Position numbers and translations under genes: made by a program. A stretch of 64,000 bases of DNA, from NCBI GenBank assembly GCA_000708835.1, contig DF237063.1, positions 1 to 64,000 on the forward strand, read 5' to 3'. The notes under the pieces are model-generated. The model saw nothing but the letters and a program-made list of their open reading frames with translations, made no database searches and was not told the origin of the DNA. Position 1 is the first letter of the stretch, and each line of letters begins with the position of its first letter. Below, one piece after another: positions 46,634 through 58,400 of the stretch. The DNA comes from Klebsormidium nitens (Eukaryota > Plantae > Klebsormidiophyceae).

Positions 46634-47777
46634 GATTGCTCTGCTGTCTGTGGTGTTGCGTAACATTAATGCGTTCATTAGATTCTGATAAAGAGACACT
46701 GCTGTTGTACAGAAGAATTGACCTTAATGCATTCATGTGTTCGTGCATGTTGGAGTGGAGGGATCTGCGACTCTGAGACAGCTTGCGGTCACAAGTAGAT
46801 TTGATGGACACTCATGACGCACGTTATAGATTTTGATGGTTGGCGCTCCTGACTGCATGCATTCCTAGCTTAATTTCCAGTTGCAGTCAAATATAGAGGC
46901 ATAAGCGGCATGGCCTCCCTTGATGAGCCCTCCATATCATCGAACCCGGTCAAAAATGGCCCTCCGACCGCAGCGTACAGTGTGCCGAGCACGAGCTTGT
47001 TGACAGTGCTGGGGACAGGGCCCCCTCCATATGAAGCTTGGGGTGACGCTCGGCACGCACGAGACGGTACACATGACCGCATGGTTGATGGAGGGCTCCA
47101 AGCTAGTAAAATATCTGATTTCACATGAGCAACGATGCAAATGGTAATTGTCAGTGTCGATATAATATATTCGTGAATATTTTCGACACTGTGACGGCTC
47201 GGCCAAGCCCCAACACGCAACAGATCAGGGGAAAATCTTTTTGCAATCACCCTTTTCTTGTGTGGCCTCCTAAGTTCAAACGCGAAATATTCAGCCTGCA
47301 AGACAGCTGACTGCATGTATGTGGGTGGTCATGTTGAAAACCTCAACGCGTCTTGGCCAAAGTGAGTATAGTGCATGCTTGCAACACGCGCGTCACCGGT
47401 ACGCTACCATGAGCTAGGGAGGAAAGGAAACGGCAGTAGCAGAAGCAAGTGAATCATGTACGCTAATCCCATGCAAAAGACTCGCAGCTATCTCTTATCA
47501 TGACGCCGGTCACTAGTATATTGAAAGAGATGAAGGAGACAGGTGACCCTCACGGACTTTGTCTTACCTGAAAGTCATGATCTTTGGTCATTGTGGCCGT
47601 ATTTGTAAGTTAAGGTATCAAGGTGCGTAAAAAGGTAGAGCTGCCACTGCAAGATCGAGAACACATTGTTCCCGTATATTCTAAGATCAACATTGTACAT
47701 AAAACCTTTAGTCTCTCAATGTCAGGGACCTGAATAGCTTAGTCTGGCTTCAGCCAGCTGTACAATAGCTATAGCGA

Positions 47778-48938
47778 CTACGAAACTCTGAAGCTTTCAA
47801 CTTCGGGATACTTGGCAGACAACGCAGCTAAGTCTGGTTCCAACTTATGGTGGACCGTAACACGGCTTGCACCACCTATGCTCCTCAGAATGCTTTCTAC
47901 AGTCTCCCACTGTAGGTGAGCCACGTCTAAGCTATGCAGCATCGGTGCGTGGGAGATAACCACGTTGCCCCACTTGATTGGTTCATGTACGACCCAAGAA
48001 TGTGAATTCTTCTCAGCACTGATTTTCAATGTCTTCAGAAGAGGGCACTCTAGCGCAAGTGTTAACTCGTCTTTGTAAAGCCAATACTGCCACAAGGTGC
48101 TCACTTCCACGACGCGCAGCTTAGACCCCCTGACCAGCAGTTTCTGCAACTCAGGGCCGTTTGAGTAATCTTCGCATGTAAACTGCTCAATCTGTTCCCA
48201 GCTGAACTTTGCCAGAGTCTCTGATGCCAGGGTTTCGCTACCCTCTAACCTCCCATGTATGCACAATTCTTCCAGTTTTGGAAAGCGCTTTTCAAAGTCC
48301 TCGATGGAAAATGACTCGCATGAGATGTCAAGATATTTCAAGCGATCAAAAGAAGCTCCCACAAAGGCCCCATCAGCATACTCAATGTCTTCATTGGTGA
48401 GCCCCGGCCAAACAACGGACTGCTGCAGATGTTCCAGCATGAGGCACATGCCCAAAGTCATTATCAGGTGTTCCATTGCACCTGGAGTTGCGCCTATAGT
48501 GTCCTTCAGCCGCAGTTGGACCCCTTGTAAGCGCCGCTTCTTGATGCACTGCTGAGACGACAGCAACACCATTGATAGGAAAGGTGCATAGAAGTCATAC
48601 AGCTGCTCCGGTTCGTCTATGCCTGACGTGAAGTTAAGAGCCACTGTCCTGAGCTGAGATGGGGGCCTCCTCAGGAGGAAGCTTGAGAGGCGTAAACCAT
48701 CCAAAGCGTAGGACCAAACCAAGAACTTGGTAGTAAGCAGGAGCATATTGAACCTCTGACAGACCGCTGTCAGGCGTACCAATGTCTCGGGTCCTCCATG
48801 TAATCGCCCAGACGTGCATAAGGTAGAGGATTGATCAATCACAGCCCTTTCAAGGATGTCCGACAATATCTCGTCTGGAATCTCGTCAAAAGGCGCAGCC
48901 ATCGCGCCAGCAGCAATGCTCTTGTTCACGTCGATCAT
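47778..48938 (-). CDS. Intronless F-box protein with degenerate LRR-like repeats
   Basis: Uninterrupted ORF 47778-49061; the likely start is ATG 48938 or 48902. N-terminal F-box: FDEIPDEILSDILE...LVRLTAVCQRFN. Downstream LRR-like repeats: LKYLDI, FPKLEELCI, LRVVEV, CPLLKTLKI. Confidence 0.8.
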   Translation of the reverse strand: MIDVNKSIAAGAMAAPFDEIPDEILSDILERAVIDQSSTLCTSGRLHGGPETLVRLTAVCQRFNMLLLTTKFLVWSYALDGLRLSSFLLRRPPSQLRTVALNFTSGIDEPEQLYDFYAPFLSMVLLSSQQCIKKRRLQGVQLRLKDTIGATPGAMEHLIMTLGMCLMLEHLQQSVVWPGLTNEDIEYADGAFVGASFDRLKYLDISCESFSIEDFEKRFPKLEELCIHGRLEGSETLASETLAKFSWEQIEQFTCEDYSNGPELQKLLVRGSKLRVVEVSTLWQYWLYKDELTLALECPLLKTLKISAEKNSHSWVVHEPIKWGNVVISHAPMLHSLDVAHLQWETVESILRSIGGASRVTVHHKLEPDLAALSAKYPEVESFRVS

Positions 48939-49426
48939 GTGCTTTCTCTTGAGTCGCGTATTGCAGGTTGCGAGAGGTTCCCCCCTCTTTTCACTCTGGT
49001 CCGCAGGTTTCCAGCCGCCAATCCCCCGGGATAAAGTATTCCTGACCGTGCGATCGATCACATCTTTGGATCGAGCGGTTTGTATGCTATGTCAGTGAAC
49101 CCTGAAGGCTTTCACACTTTCAAATAGACATTGACAGAAGAACGCTGTATGGTTGTTCAGGCTCTTCAGCATCCCAAAACTTAAAACTCTAAAAGTTAAA
49201 GGCGCGCTCTGCTTTCTGTCCTCCCAATCTCTCTCTGGTAATTTTCGCTGGTGAGGACAGAGCCACATGTAGCTAACAAATGCAGGAGCAGCACTTCAGC
49301 GCAAGGGACGCCCTTCACGGCTCGATTGCAACACGTGACGCAGTAGCTGCTGTACTTTGCATCACGCTTATGTATCGTACTGCAGCTCTTTGTACATCAA
49401 CGCTGTGAAAAACTTTAATATTCGAG

Positions 49427-52400
49427 ATGACCATCTGCGCTAAAGTCAATGCCAGCAACAGGTTGCATTTTCATAGTGCTTCATGCAGATGGAACAACGC
49501 TCTTGACCACTTGTCAGGTCCCATTCACGCCCTCATACATCGTTCGCAAGAGCGGTGTCGACAACTGCAGCGCAATGTGCCCACGATACAAGCAACAAGG
49601 TTGCAGTCTGATTATCGTTGCCCCAACCATAATGTCGTGCTGATGCAGTCAGCAGCATTTCAAAAAAGACTACAGGGAATGCCTTTGAGCGGGAGATCTT
49701 GTAGTGATCATTTTGGAGGATGGAGTCAAAGCGGCGCTCCAGTCCGCTGTAGTGCAGACTTTGCGCCTGAGTCATTAGGCCAGGGTTCGGAAGCATCGGC
49801 AGACGAAGTAGTACCCGCTTCTCGCTCTCTGGCGTTGGAAGACAAACCTAGAGATGGATTGCAAAGCGAAGCAGGTGGCAGTAGAAGAGACCTCCAGTTG
49901 GAGACTGCGGGGGAGCATTATGCAGAGAAGCGTGACGGGGGCGCCGGCGGCCGGTTCTTTGAGGTGCTGATGACGAGTATGCACAATGTGGACAACGGTG
50001 AGCCTCTCTCATGCCAAACAAGTAATGGAAGGTCGAACACTCTAAGCGCGACCTTTTGCAGATGGTTGCACCAACAGTTGGAGAGATCGATATGGTGGCA
50101 CAGCCAAGCTTCTAACAAAACCACGGCCGACTGACTAGTTGTCGCACCCCTCCAGCCGACTGTCCTTCTTCATGATGAGAACCGGGGAGGTTTGAAGGCT
50201 TTATCTTCATGAAACTTGTTGCACTTGGCGCTGGATTGTGAGAAGCCCCACAATAGTAGTCACAGTATTCACCTTTTGTCAACGGGTTTAACCGGGGCTC
50301 ACGACCCGTTTCGACCATACCGCTACCATGCGCCCCAGCTTATTAACCCAGATTGCAAACCATCCCCTGACCACCGCTCGTTCCCCCTCCCTTCAGCCAG
50401 GTTGCATCCTGGGACTTCTGTGCACCGGAAACAACCGCGGTCCCTGGCTGGAAGGACTGCGCGAGTTCCCGCTGTTCCTCAACAAACTAGGCGCGGACGC
50501 TTTGCAACAGGCGCTGGATAAGGGGGGCCTGCCGCATGGTAAGCCCACTTTTCTCCTCTGCCCCCCAATTTTCGGGCTTTCTTTCCTATGATGTAACCAT
50601 CGGAAGATACACCGGGTGAGCGATACCTCCTTGCACGACTTCTGCACTCAGATGCGACCCGAGTCAGATGAGACCAGATTGCAAAGACTTGCGATTTACA
50701 GGTGTCCGCACAACAGCCGAGACTTTGTTCCATTGCGGTCCTCTCGTTTAAAACTTTAAACCTTTAGTACTTTAAACACGAAAAGCCCCTTTTCATTAGA
50801 CTGAGTTCGATAGCACGCAACTTGTCTGGTCAATTTCGGCAGGTCGCACGTTGCTAGCGCACTTCAAGACGAATTTATCAATGTATTGAGGCCAAAATTT
50901 GCTGGATTGGCTGGCAAGCATACAAATCTGGCTTTAGGGAGTCACCTAACGAAGAGCGGTTGAATCACGTAGACTGATGCCTTCCACTCTGCCGCGCGCC
51001 CCTTGAGCTTCTCAATCTGAAGCGATTTCTGAGCAATCTTGCAAAAGACTGGCGTCTTTTTCGATTGCTTTGACATACCCAGAATTTCTTCGAGGATCTT
51101 CATGCGCTGAGGAATATCAATCTGGATACGAGGTGAGGGTGACCCTCTTAGGAAGGATCGGAGTCCTTTCACTTCATCCTCGACGAGATGAAAGTCCAAT
51201 GGGGGACCAGACGGAGGAATCCCCATAGCGGATTTGGAGCCTTTTTGACTTCAGCCAATCCTTTGAGAGAACCCAACGTTTCATGTTCTCGACAGCAACT
51301 GTAACACAAAGAGGGTATCTCACCGGCATCCGTTGCGCCAATTGCAGCTCTGGAGTCTCTCGAGCGGATGCAAGAACACGACTTATAAAATCAAACGCGA
51401 CGAGATCTCAAAGGTTTGACCCCTTGCACCTAGTTGTGACACCGATGAGACTCACAGGTGTCTGACGCTTCCATCGCAGCTTTGGAGTCTCTGGAACGGA
51501 TGCAAGACCACGACTTACAAAAGATCTGGGTGACCGCCTTCGACGATGAACGGCGCGGCGGCGAGTTCTCGCTCCTCGACGAACGGACCGGCGAGCGGAA
51601 GCAGCTGACGTCAACGTTTCCGCAGGCGCTCGGGGTTGCAATACGGTACCGAGAACCGTTTCTGCTGGAGCGAGACGCGTTGCTGTCGGCGAACGCGGAT
51701 TTTGTGGATAGGATGGTGATCAATCCAAAAGGTGGGTGATTTTGGAGTGTTAGGATGAGAAAAGAACAGGCTGATGGGAAGAGTGCCTTGGATATTCGTG
51801 TTCGGAAGGTGTTATTTATTGATTAAAAGTTTGATTTTCACTGATCGGCCTAAATGGTGTGTCCTTAATCACTATGAATACAGTTGATTAAGTGTGACGG
51901 CGAGAACAAAGCCGACTGAGTTATGATACGGTGACGCTACTTTGCCTTTTTTTTCGGCGCCCTGTCATGGGCGGGGCATAGGGCTGCTTCGGAAATCGGT
52001 CCTTGCTTTGGAAAGGTTTGCGCGAGAACCCTCCCAAAAACCCTATTGCCCTACAAGTATGCTACCCTAGAACACGAACAAATTGAATTCAAGCCTCTTC
52101 AGGTGAAGCCTCTTCGGAGTAGGTACGTGTGGTAGTGCCTTCCCAAGAGTCGCGAACAAAGAGTGGAACTGTCGCTATGCCACCTGCTCAATGCGTCTCA
52201 TTTGTCATTCTTGCATGTTTGGGCCGGTTCTAGCTGTGTCCCGTACCAGAAATTTATCGCGTTTTCTTCGAGGTCCAGCCGAGTTCGCAGGAGAGCCTTA
52301 TAGACGAGTTCGTACAACCGTGTGAGAACTAAACATGACGTCTTGAGATTTCGACGATATTGTGGTACGGGTGGAACTAAGGCAAAGTTTTTCGGGACGT

Positions 52401-53188
52401 TCCGACACTCATTCAACCGCTGAGAGACACTGAAGTCATGGATCCGTTACCAGCGCAAATTCCGATTTTTAGAAGCGTGAAAAGTGTGTCATATTGGTGA
52501 CATATTTCTTTCTGTCCGCAGCGAGGGAGCATCCGGACGATGTGGACATGCTCGCGCGCCTTTCTACCAAGATGCGACTCGTGGCAGCACGGGTGACGGA
52601 CCTAGAGCGAGAGCTGACGTCAGCCGTTGAAGCCGAGCAGGTCAGAACGATCTTCGCGAGAAAGCTCCGCTTTGTTTTCGCCATCTATGAGCTTCAAAGA
52701 CTGTCGGTTCTGTACTGTTTTACGTCTCCCTCGTCGGAATAGACGACTTCAATCCGCCGTACTTTCGTGTGCGTCGTCAGGAAAATTAGGAAGGTGAACT
52801 TGGATGAATCTCTTATCGCACGCACAACGGCCAGCGGGTCAACTGCACCTAACCGAGTGTCTCGTCCTCTCAACCTGAAAACACGGTTGGTACGGGGCGC
52901 AAGGCTGCAAAGGCCGTGCTCAGCCTGGCTTTGCTTTCTCCTACTTGTTAAATAGGGCTAAGAAGGTGCCACTCATGTTGACATCCCGAAAAACTCGAAA
53001 GCTGCAGTCCCACATTTTTATTGAACGTTCGAATGGATTTTCAACATTGGCTGCAGTACGAGGACGCCGCCCGGTTGAAGATCGAACTAGAGCGGGCGCA
53101 GCTCGAGACGGACGCTGCGCTCCCCGGGCTTCTCAAGGAGCTCAAGGACCTGTACCTGCAGAAGATGCGGATATTCTTCAAGCTCTGA
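49427..53188 (+). CDS. Divergent bifunctional-nuclease (DUF151/BFN)-like domain + UVR (UvrB/C) coiled-coil protein, 5 exons
   Basis: Phase-consistent exons: 49427-49997, 50401-50538, 51480-51731, 52522-52640, 53057-53188. The pattern EFPLFLNKLGADALQQAL...IWVTAF...QALGVAIRYREPFLLERDAL follows the DUF151 layout. LERELTSAVEAEQYEDAARLK is a UVR motif. The N-terminus resembles a transit peptide. Confidence 0.7.
51341..51392 (+). repeat. Decayed copy of the DUF151-gene exon-3 acceptor + exon start
   Basis: attgcag|ctctggagtctctcgagcggatgcaagaacacgacttataa, versus the functional atcgcag|ctttggagtctctggaacggatgcaagaccacgacttacaa at 51473-51520. Confidence 0.85.
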
Positions 53189-55430
53189 TGACGTCGCTTT
53201 ACCAGCTTTGGCGAGAGGTAGGGATTTAGAGAACCGTTTCGCGGTACTTCTCTGAAGTCAACCGCGCGAGTTCATGAGAGCTTTCAGAGTCAAAATCGCC
53301 AGCATGCTGATGCTGTAAACATTGAAAGGAGTGTTCTCAGTAAAGCAGGCTTACCCCGTCCCTGACAAAGTAACAGTGCGATCCGTTTACGGTACGATTT
53401 CCGAGTTAGGTGCCTGCCGAATCAAAGCAATGCTGCGCATGGCACGCAGGCTGGGTCCACCAGTAGTATATACGTTTACCTAGTTGTTCGCAAGGATGCA
53501 GCGTATCAATGGTTGAGAGCACGAGCCTGCTTCCGACGACTCTTCTCTTGGACGCCGTTTGCGGTCATCATAGCACGGCAGCTTCATGGAAGAACTTGAA
53601 CCCCGCGCCGCGCATGATCTCATGTGATCATCGGTTCCCACTGCCACTGATCATCACCGAGTCATTGCTGGACATACATATGTCAGTTTAAGCTAGGTTA
53701 TGGTTGGCTCGAATGTTGCGCCGTCAAAAACACATCATTCGCTTTTGGCCCCACGGTGCCATCAGGATTGATTTTCTCGTGACTCACCTCGTAGTATAGT
53801 ACCCTAAGTTATGGTACTGCATGATGTCATGCAACGCGGAGGGGTTTCGCAATATGTGTGCAGCACCTTTATAGCTTATAACTTAGCTTATATATAGTAC
53901 GTTGCATGCACACGATATCGACGGTATGTACGTCCCCATGCACAGAAACAGTCGGACCGTCCTCGCGGAGGATGAGTTAGTGCATGACTGGTGACATGAT
54001 CGATGCAATGCACACATGAATGATCACCTTATATATATCCTGTCGACCTCATTGAACTTAGCAACATTTTATTAACAATCTTCCATGCTTCGACAATCCG
54101 GTTCGCAACTTAACCTAGCTGGCGGCCGCCGCCAACTCAAAACTTATGTTCTACCAACTTACAAGAATTGAACGTGTGCATGCATGCATGACCGTCGACG
54201 CCGGAAGCTGGTTAACTTAGTTCGTAATCAACATGCGGACGTAGCGTGCTGCAGCTCCCATGTTTATGCATCATGTGGATCAATCTTGTAGAACTTATAG
54301 GCCCTGCATTCCGTCACCGCTGGCACGGGGTACAGCATATGGGCACTTCCCAAATACCCCGGATACGCTTGTATGACCAGGCGGTCGGACTCCAAACATA
54401 CAACGGTCAGACACATGCATGGCAGTTCATCGCAGCAATCATTCATAAGCAAACGTGGCCCATGTGGCAGCGTCTGTCTCCGGTGCCACTGAAACTATTG
54501 CTTGATGGTCTCTGGAATCTGCCTTGCAAGCTTTTTAATCCAAGTACTTTTAATGTTATGTTTGAGTCACGGTGTATGTTTGAGTCACGGTCTGTCCATC
54601 GCAAGAACCGACATCGTCAATGGTATGTCGAGCTCTACAGAACCACGAGCATATGATTGGTTGGCAGGCGTACATTTGTAACGAGTGACCTCGCTTTCTC
54701 GTTGAATCGCTGATCTCCCCTCGAGCAAGCGGTATTGAATTTTTCGTTGCGCACTTCCGTTAATCAAACAACTGCATCTCCAACGTGTCATCGCTGCCAA
54801 ACCCCGTCTCGAGTTCTTACGCAGCGGCTAAGGCTTTGCTTCCGACGCCCGTACAAAAATGAACGGTCTTCCAGAAACGGTCTCCAAAAGCTCGCTCTTT
54901 GCTTTTGCGGCAGCCAACGAGCTTCTTGCCCATTTTGAACGCTCGACGCTCTCTTCCGCAACGAGCAAGCTCACCCCAGCCCCAACAGCCGCGTTTCGTC
55001 TCCCGTCAGCCTGCAACCACACCCCCGTTCCGCCTCGTCGCGACTCCGTCCGCTGCTTCCCGAGGGCAAGCTCCTGCCCTCGACTCCCCCTGTTGATGTC
55101 ACTTCGCGCAACAAGTCTTTCCTTGGACCTTCTCAGGGGGCAGAACTTGCCACGTTCAACCACCCCCACTTTGCCGCTCTTGTCCGCGTCCGCTGCTCCT
55201 GGGGGCCCAGCTCCAACCCCCAACGTGACCTCCGGAACCGATACGGCATCGTGGGACTCGACTTTCAGAGAGCCTCCCCCAGCCCTTTCCCCGTAGAAAT
55301 GGATTTCCGCCGCGTCGTCTCTTCCAATTGCCCCTCGATAACGCGCCTACCCCGATCCCACTCCAGACTCGCTTCCACTTTGCCGGGGGGGGGTGGGAAC
55401 TTCAGCGCACAGTTGGTCTCCCCAGAAGAA

Positions 55431-58400
55431 TTATTTCCGGGGGATCCTCGTCGCTTTTTTCCACTGCTCCTCCGGGGGCAGCTTGCGGTCCTGCGGCCGC
55501 AGGAGGGCGTCCACGTGGCGCTGCCGCGCGCGCTCTTCCTGGTACTCCACCTGAATGCGCGTGTGGTCCTCCGCAACTAGAACGCGGTCGCTACCAAATG
55601 CGGTGCGGGCGGCGTCAACGCCGGGGCCCACTTGGTACTGCAGCAAAGCACAGCGAAGATATTGAGAATGAACCACAAGACATTGGAAAGGGTACTCGAT
55701 CTGGTTTCCGGTCGCTGCCAATCGCGGCATGGACGGCTTCAACGCTGGGACCCACTTGGTACTGCAGCTTGACGTTAATCGTCATGTAGCATCTTCCAAA
55801 ACAAGCCACAAGCAGATTGAATAAAGGATTTGACTTCCTGACTTCAAAAAGTTGCCTGATTATTGCACACTCGAAGTAAAGCGGCCCAGTCTCTTCCTTT
55901 TTCGACAATCTTGTCTGCTTTTCTCTTATCAAAGATTGACTCTATTTAGCATGAAAGAATCCTAGGAAAGTAAGGAAGAGATGACAAACCACGAAAGAAA
56001 GCGCGACAGCAGCAAAATTGTTGCGAAAGCGGGAGGGCAGCGAAAAGGATGAAAGACAAAGAAAACGAACCCCAGATACAAACTAGAATGGACAGCGAGA
56101 GTCCCAGCGCTTACAGTCGCTCATTCCTATCAGTATCAGCGGTTGGGAGATTTTGATCGTGCTTCCACACGCGCGGGGGCCGCATTCTCCTAGCACGGGA
56201 GCCCCAAACGGTCCAACAAAGAAACGTCTCAAGATTCAAGTGTTCAGGGGCCTCAGGGGCCACTTAGATCCATACCTGGTATCTTGGGCTGATATGCGTC
56301 AACACCAACGTGCGCGCGTCCATGGCTCGAGCCGCTTGCCCGGCCATTGCTGCAGAAACCGGCAGGTTAGTTCAGGTTTGGAGGTTTCTGTCATGGTCCG
56401 AGATGTGGGATAACCCGATTACAGGGTTGTTAGGGTCGGTTATCATGGTTTGATGTTGATGGGTCAAGTGAAATCCGGCTCAGGGGCACAGCCCTGCGGC
56501 TCAAAGCTTTGTCGCCAATTCGCTTCTTAGCATAGTCTGCCAAGGTAATAGGGGGATACATCGCTACTAAGACCGCCGCTCTTGATTCTGTAATCCTGGT
56601 GTTTGTCAGGCTGCCCTCCTGACAAACCCGCTTCGAAAATGTCTGTCCAGAAGTCCGACCACTTTAAGGACCCACAATTATTGTGCCGCATTTTCACTCC
56701 TTCTGAATAAAAGACTCAAGCTGCGTTTGGCAAGAGACGCGAGATACAGAAAGGTCCGCGGCGGCAGCTTAGGATTGACCTCGAAAGTAGAGGAGCTGAA
56801 GGTTCTGACAGAAGAAAGAGGAAGGTGGCGCTCCACTACTGACTAGTGCTACGAGAGACGGTGGTCCATCCAGTTTATGCTCACGCTCATTGGTATGTAT
56901 CGGACTGGCCAAAGGACCTTGTAAAGGTTGACTCGTATGACCAGAATCTCTCGTCTGCGAACCGCTTCTCAGGGGTCAAAAATCAGGCAACCACTTCCAC
57001 GCATATTAACAACTAGAGTGACACGATACAGCACCCCCGGAGTGAAAGTTCACAGGCGGGGGAGTGGCCCATTTGAAATGCATCCCGCTCTCGTTCCTCC
57101 TGAAGAACAAGTCACGAGAACCAGATTGACACGAAGCACCCTGGGAATGAAAGCTCACAGGCGGTGGAGTAGCCCATCTGAAAAGCACCCCGCTCTCGTT
57201 CCTTCGGGAAGAAGTGTTTGAGAACTAGATTGACACAAAAAGAATTTCGGAAACGGAAGCTCACTGGCGGTGGAGTGGCCCATCTGAAAAGCGTCCCGCT
57301 CTCGTTCCTCCTGGAGGACCGTCGCCTCATGCACCAGCAGGTCGCAGTCCCACCCGGCGCGGTACAGCGACGACGACTCGCACGTGTCGCCCAGAACAAC
57401 TGCGGCAGAGAAAGGATCATTCGCTTGTTGAGGGCGACAAAGAAACGGAAAGGGGCGGAATGATGCCAGTACGTGTCGCCCAGAACAACTGCGGCAAGAA
57501 AGGAGCTCAGCTTGTTGGGGACGACCTAGATCAGAGGGGGGCGAGACGGGGCTCGTAAGTGTCGCCCAGAACAGCTGCGGCATAGAAAGGAGCTCAGCTT
57601 GTTGGGGGCGACAAGAAATTAGGAATAAGCGAGAGGGCCCGTACGTGTCGCCCAAAACAACTGCGGCAGAGTAAAGAGCTTCCGCATGTTGAGGGCGACA
57701 GAAACTAGGAATGGGCGAAGCAGAGCTCATAGAGGCCCGCAACGGGAGCTCAGAAGAACTGACCAAAGTACTCCCGCCGCTTGATCGGAGTGGCGAGAGT
57801 TTTTCACAACATCAGTAACCAAATACAAAAGGAGGCGACTTGTTGGATGCCAGAGAATAACGACGCGGGCTCACGGATCAAAATGGGGATCGCATGAGAC
57901 TGACCTATCTTCCGGCCTCTCCGAGGCGGCCCCACCACGTCTTCCGGATGAATCTGCAGCACACGACATTGTAAGAACAGATTCTTGCGCTGAGACTTGC
58001 GCTCAGACCTCCAAAATCTATGAACTTCTTCTCTGACGTGTGCTTCGCGATTTGCTGAACCGTTCGCAGTCAGTGCCAAGTGCTCTGATGCGCTCGCCAA
58101 TGGCCGACATCCATCTTGTAACTCGTCTGAACAAACCTGCGCAAATAAGCACCCATTGCACAGCTTCGCTGCGGCCCGAATGAAGAGGAACGCATTTTGC
58201 AACTAGGCGAGCCGACAATCCACTTCGCTAACCCTTGGTTACCTTGAGAAACCTCGACCTTCTTACCCAGCTACTTGTCAAACCCCGGTTTTTTACGGAC
58301 GCAGAGGGCCATTCCATATCTTAGTGCCTCCAGATCGTTTGACGCACACGCAGCGAAGTCGAGAAACTTTTAAGAGCGGACATCAGGTATCATCAGGGTC

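Noticed and set aside
54828-55576. Long GC-rich ORFs on both strands downstream of the tRNase Z stop
   Set aside because: These are low-complexity shadow ORFs with no motifs. The phase-consistent last exon already terminates at 55431.
57040-57680. Regularly spaced short direct repeats superficially like a CRISPR array
   Set aside because: The repeats are copies of an exon junction, vary in length and sequence, and there are no cas genes; the DNA is eukaryotic.
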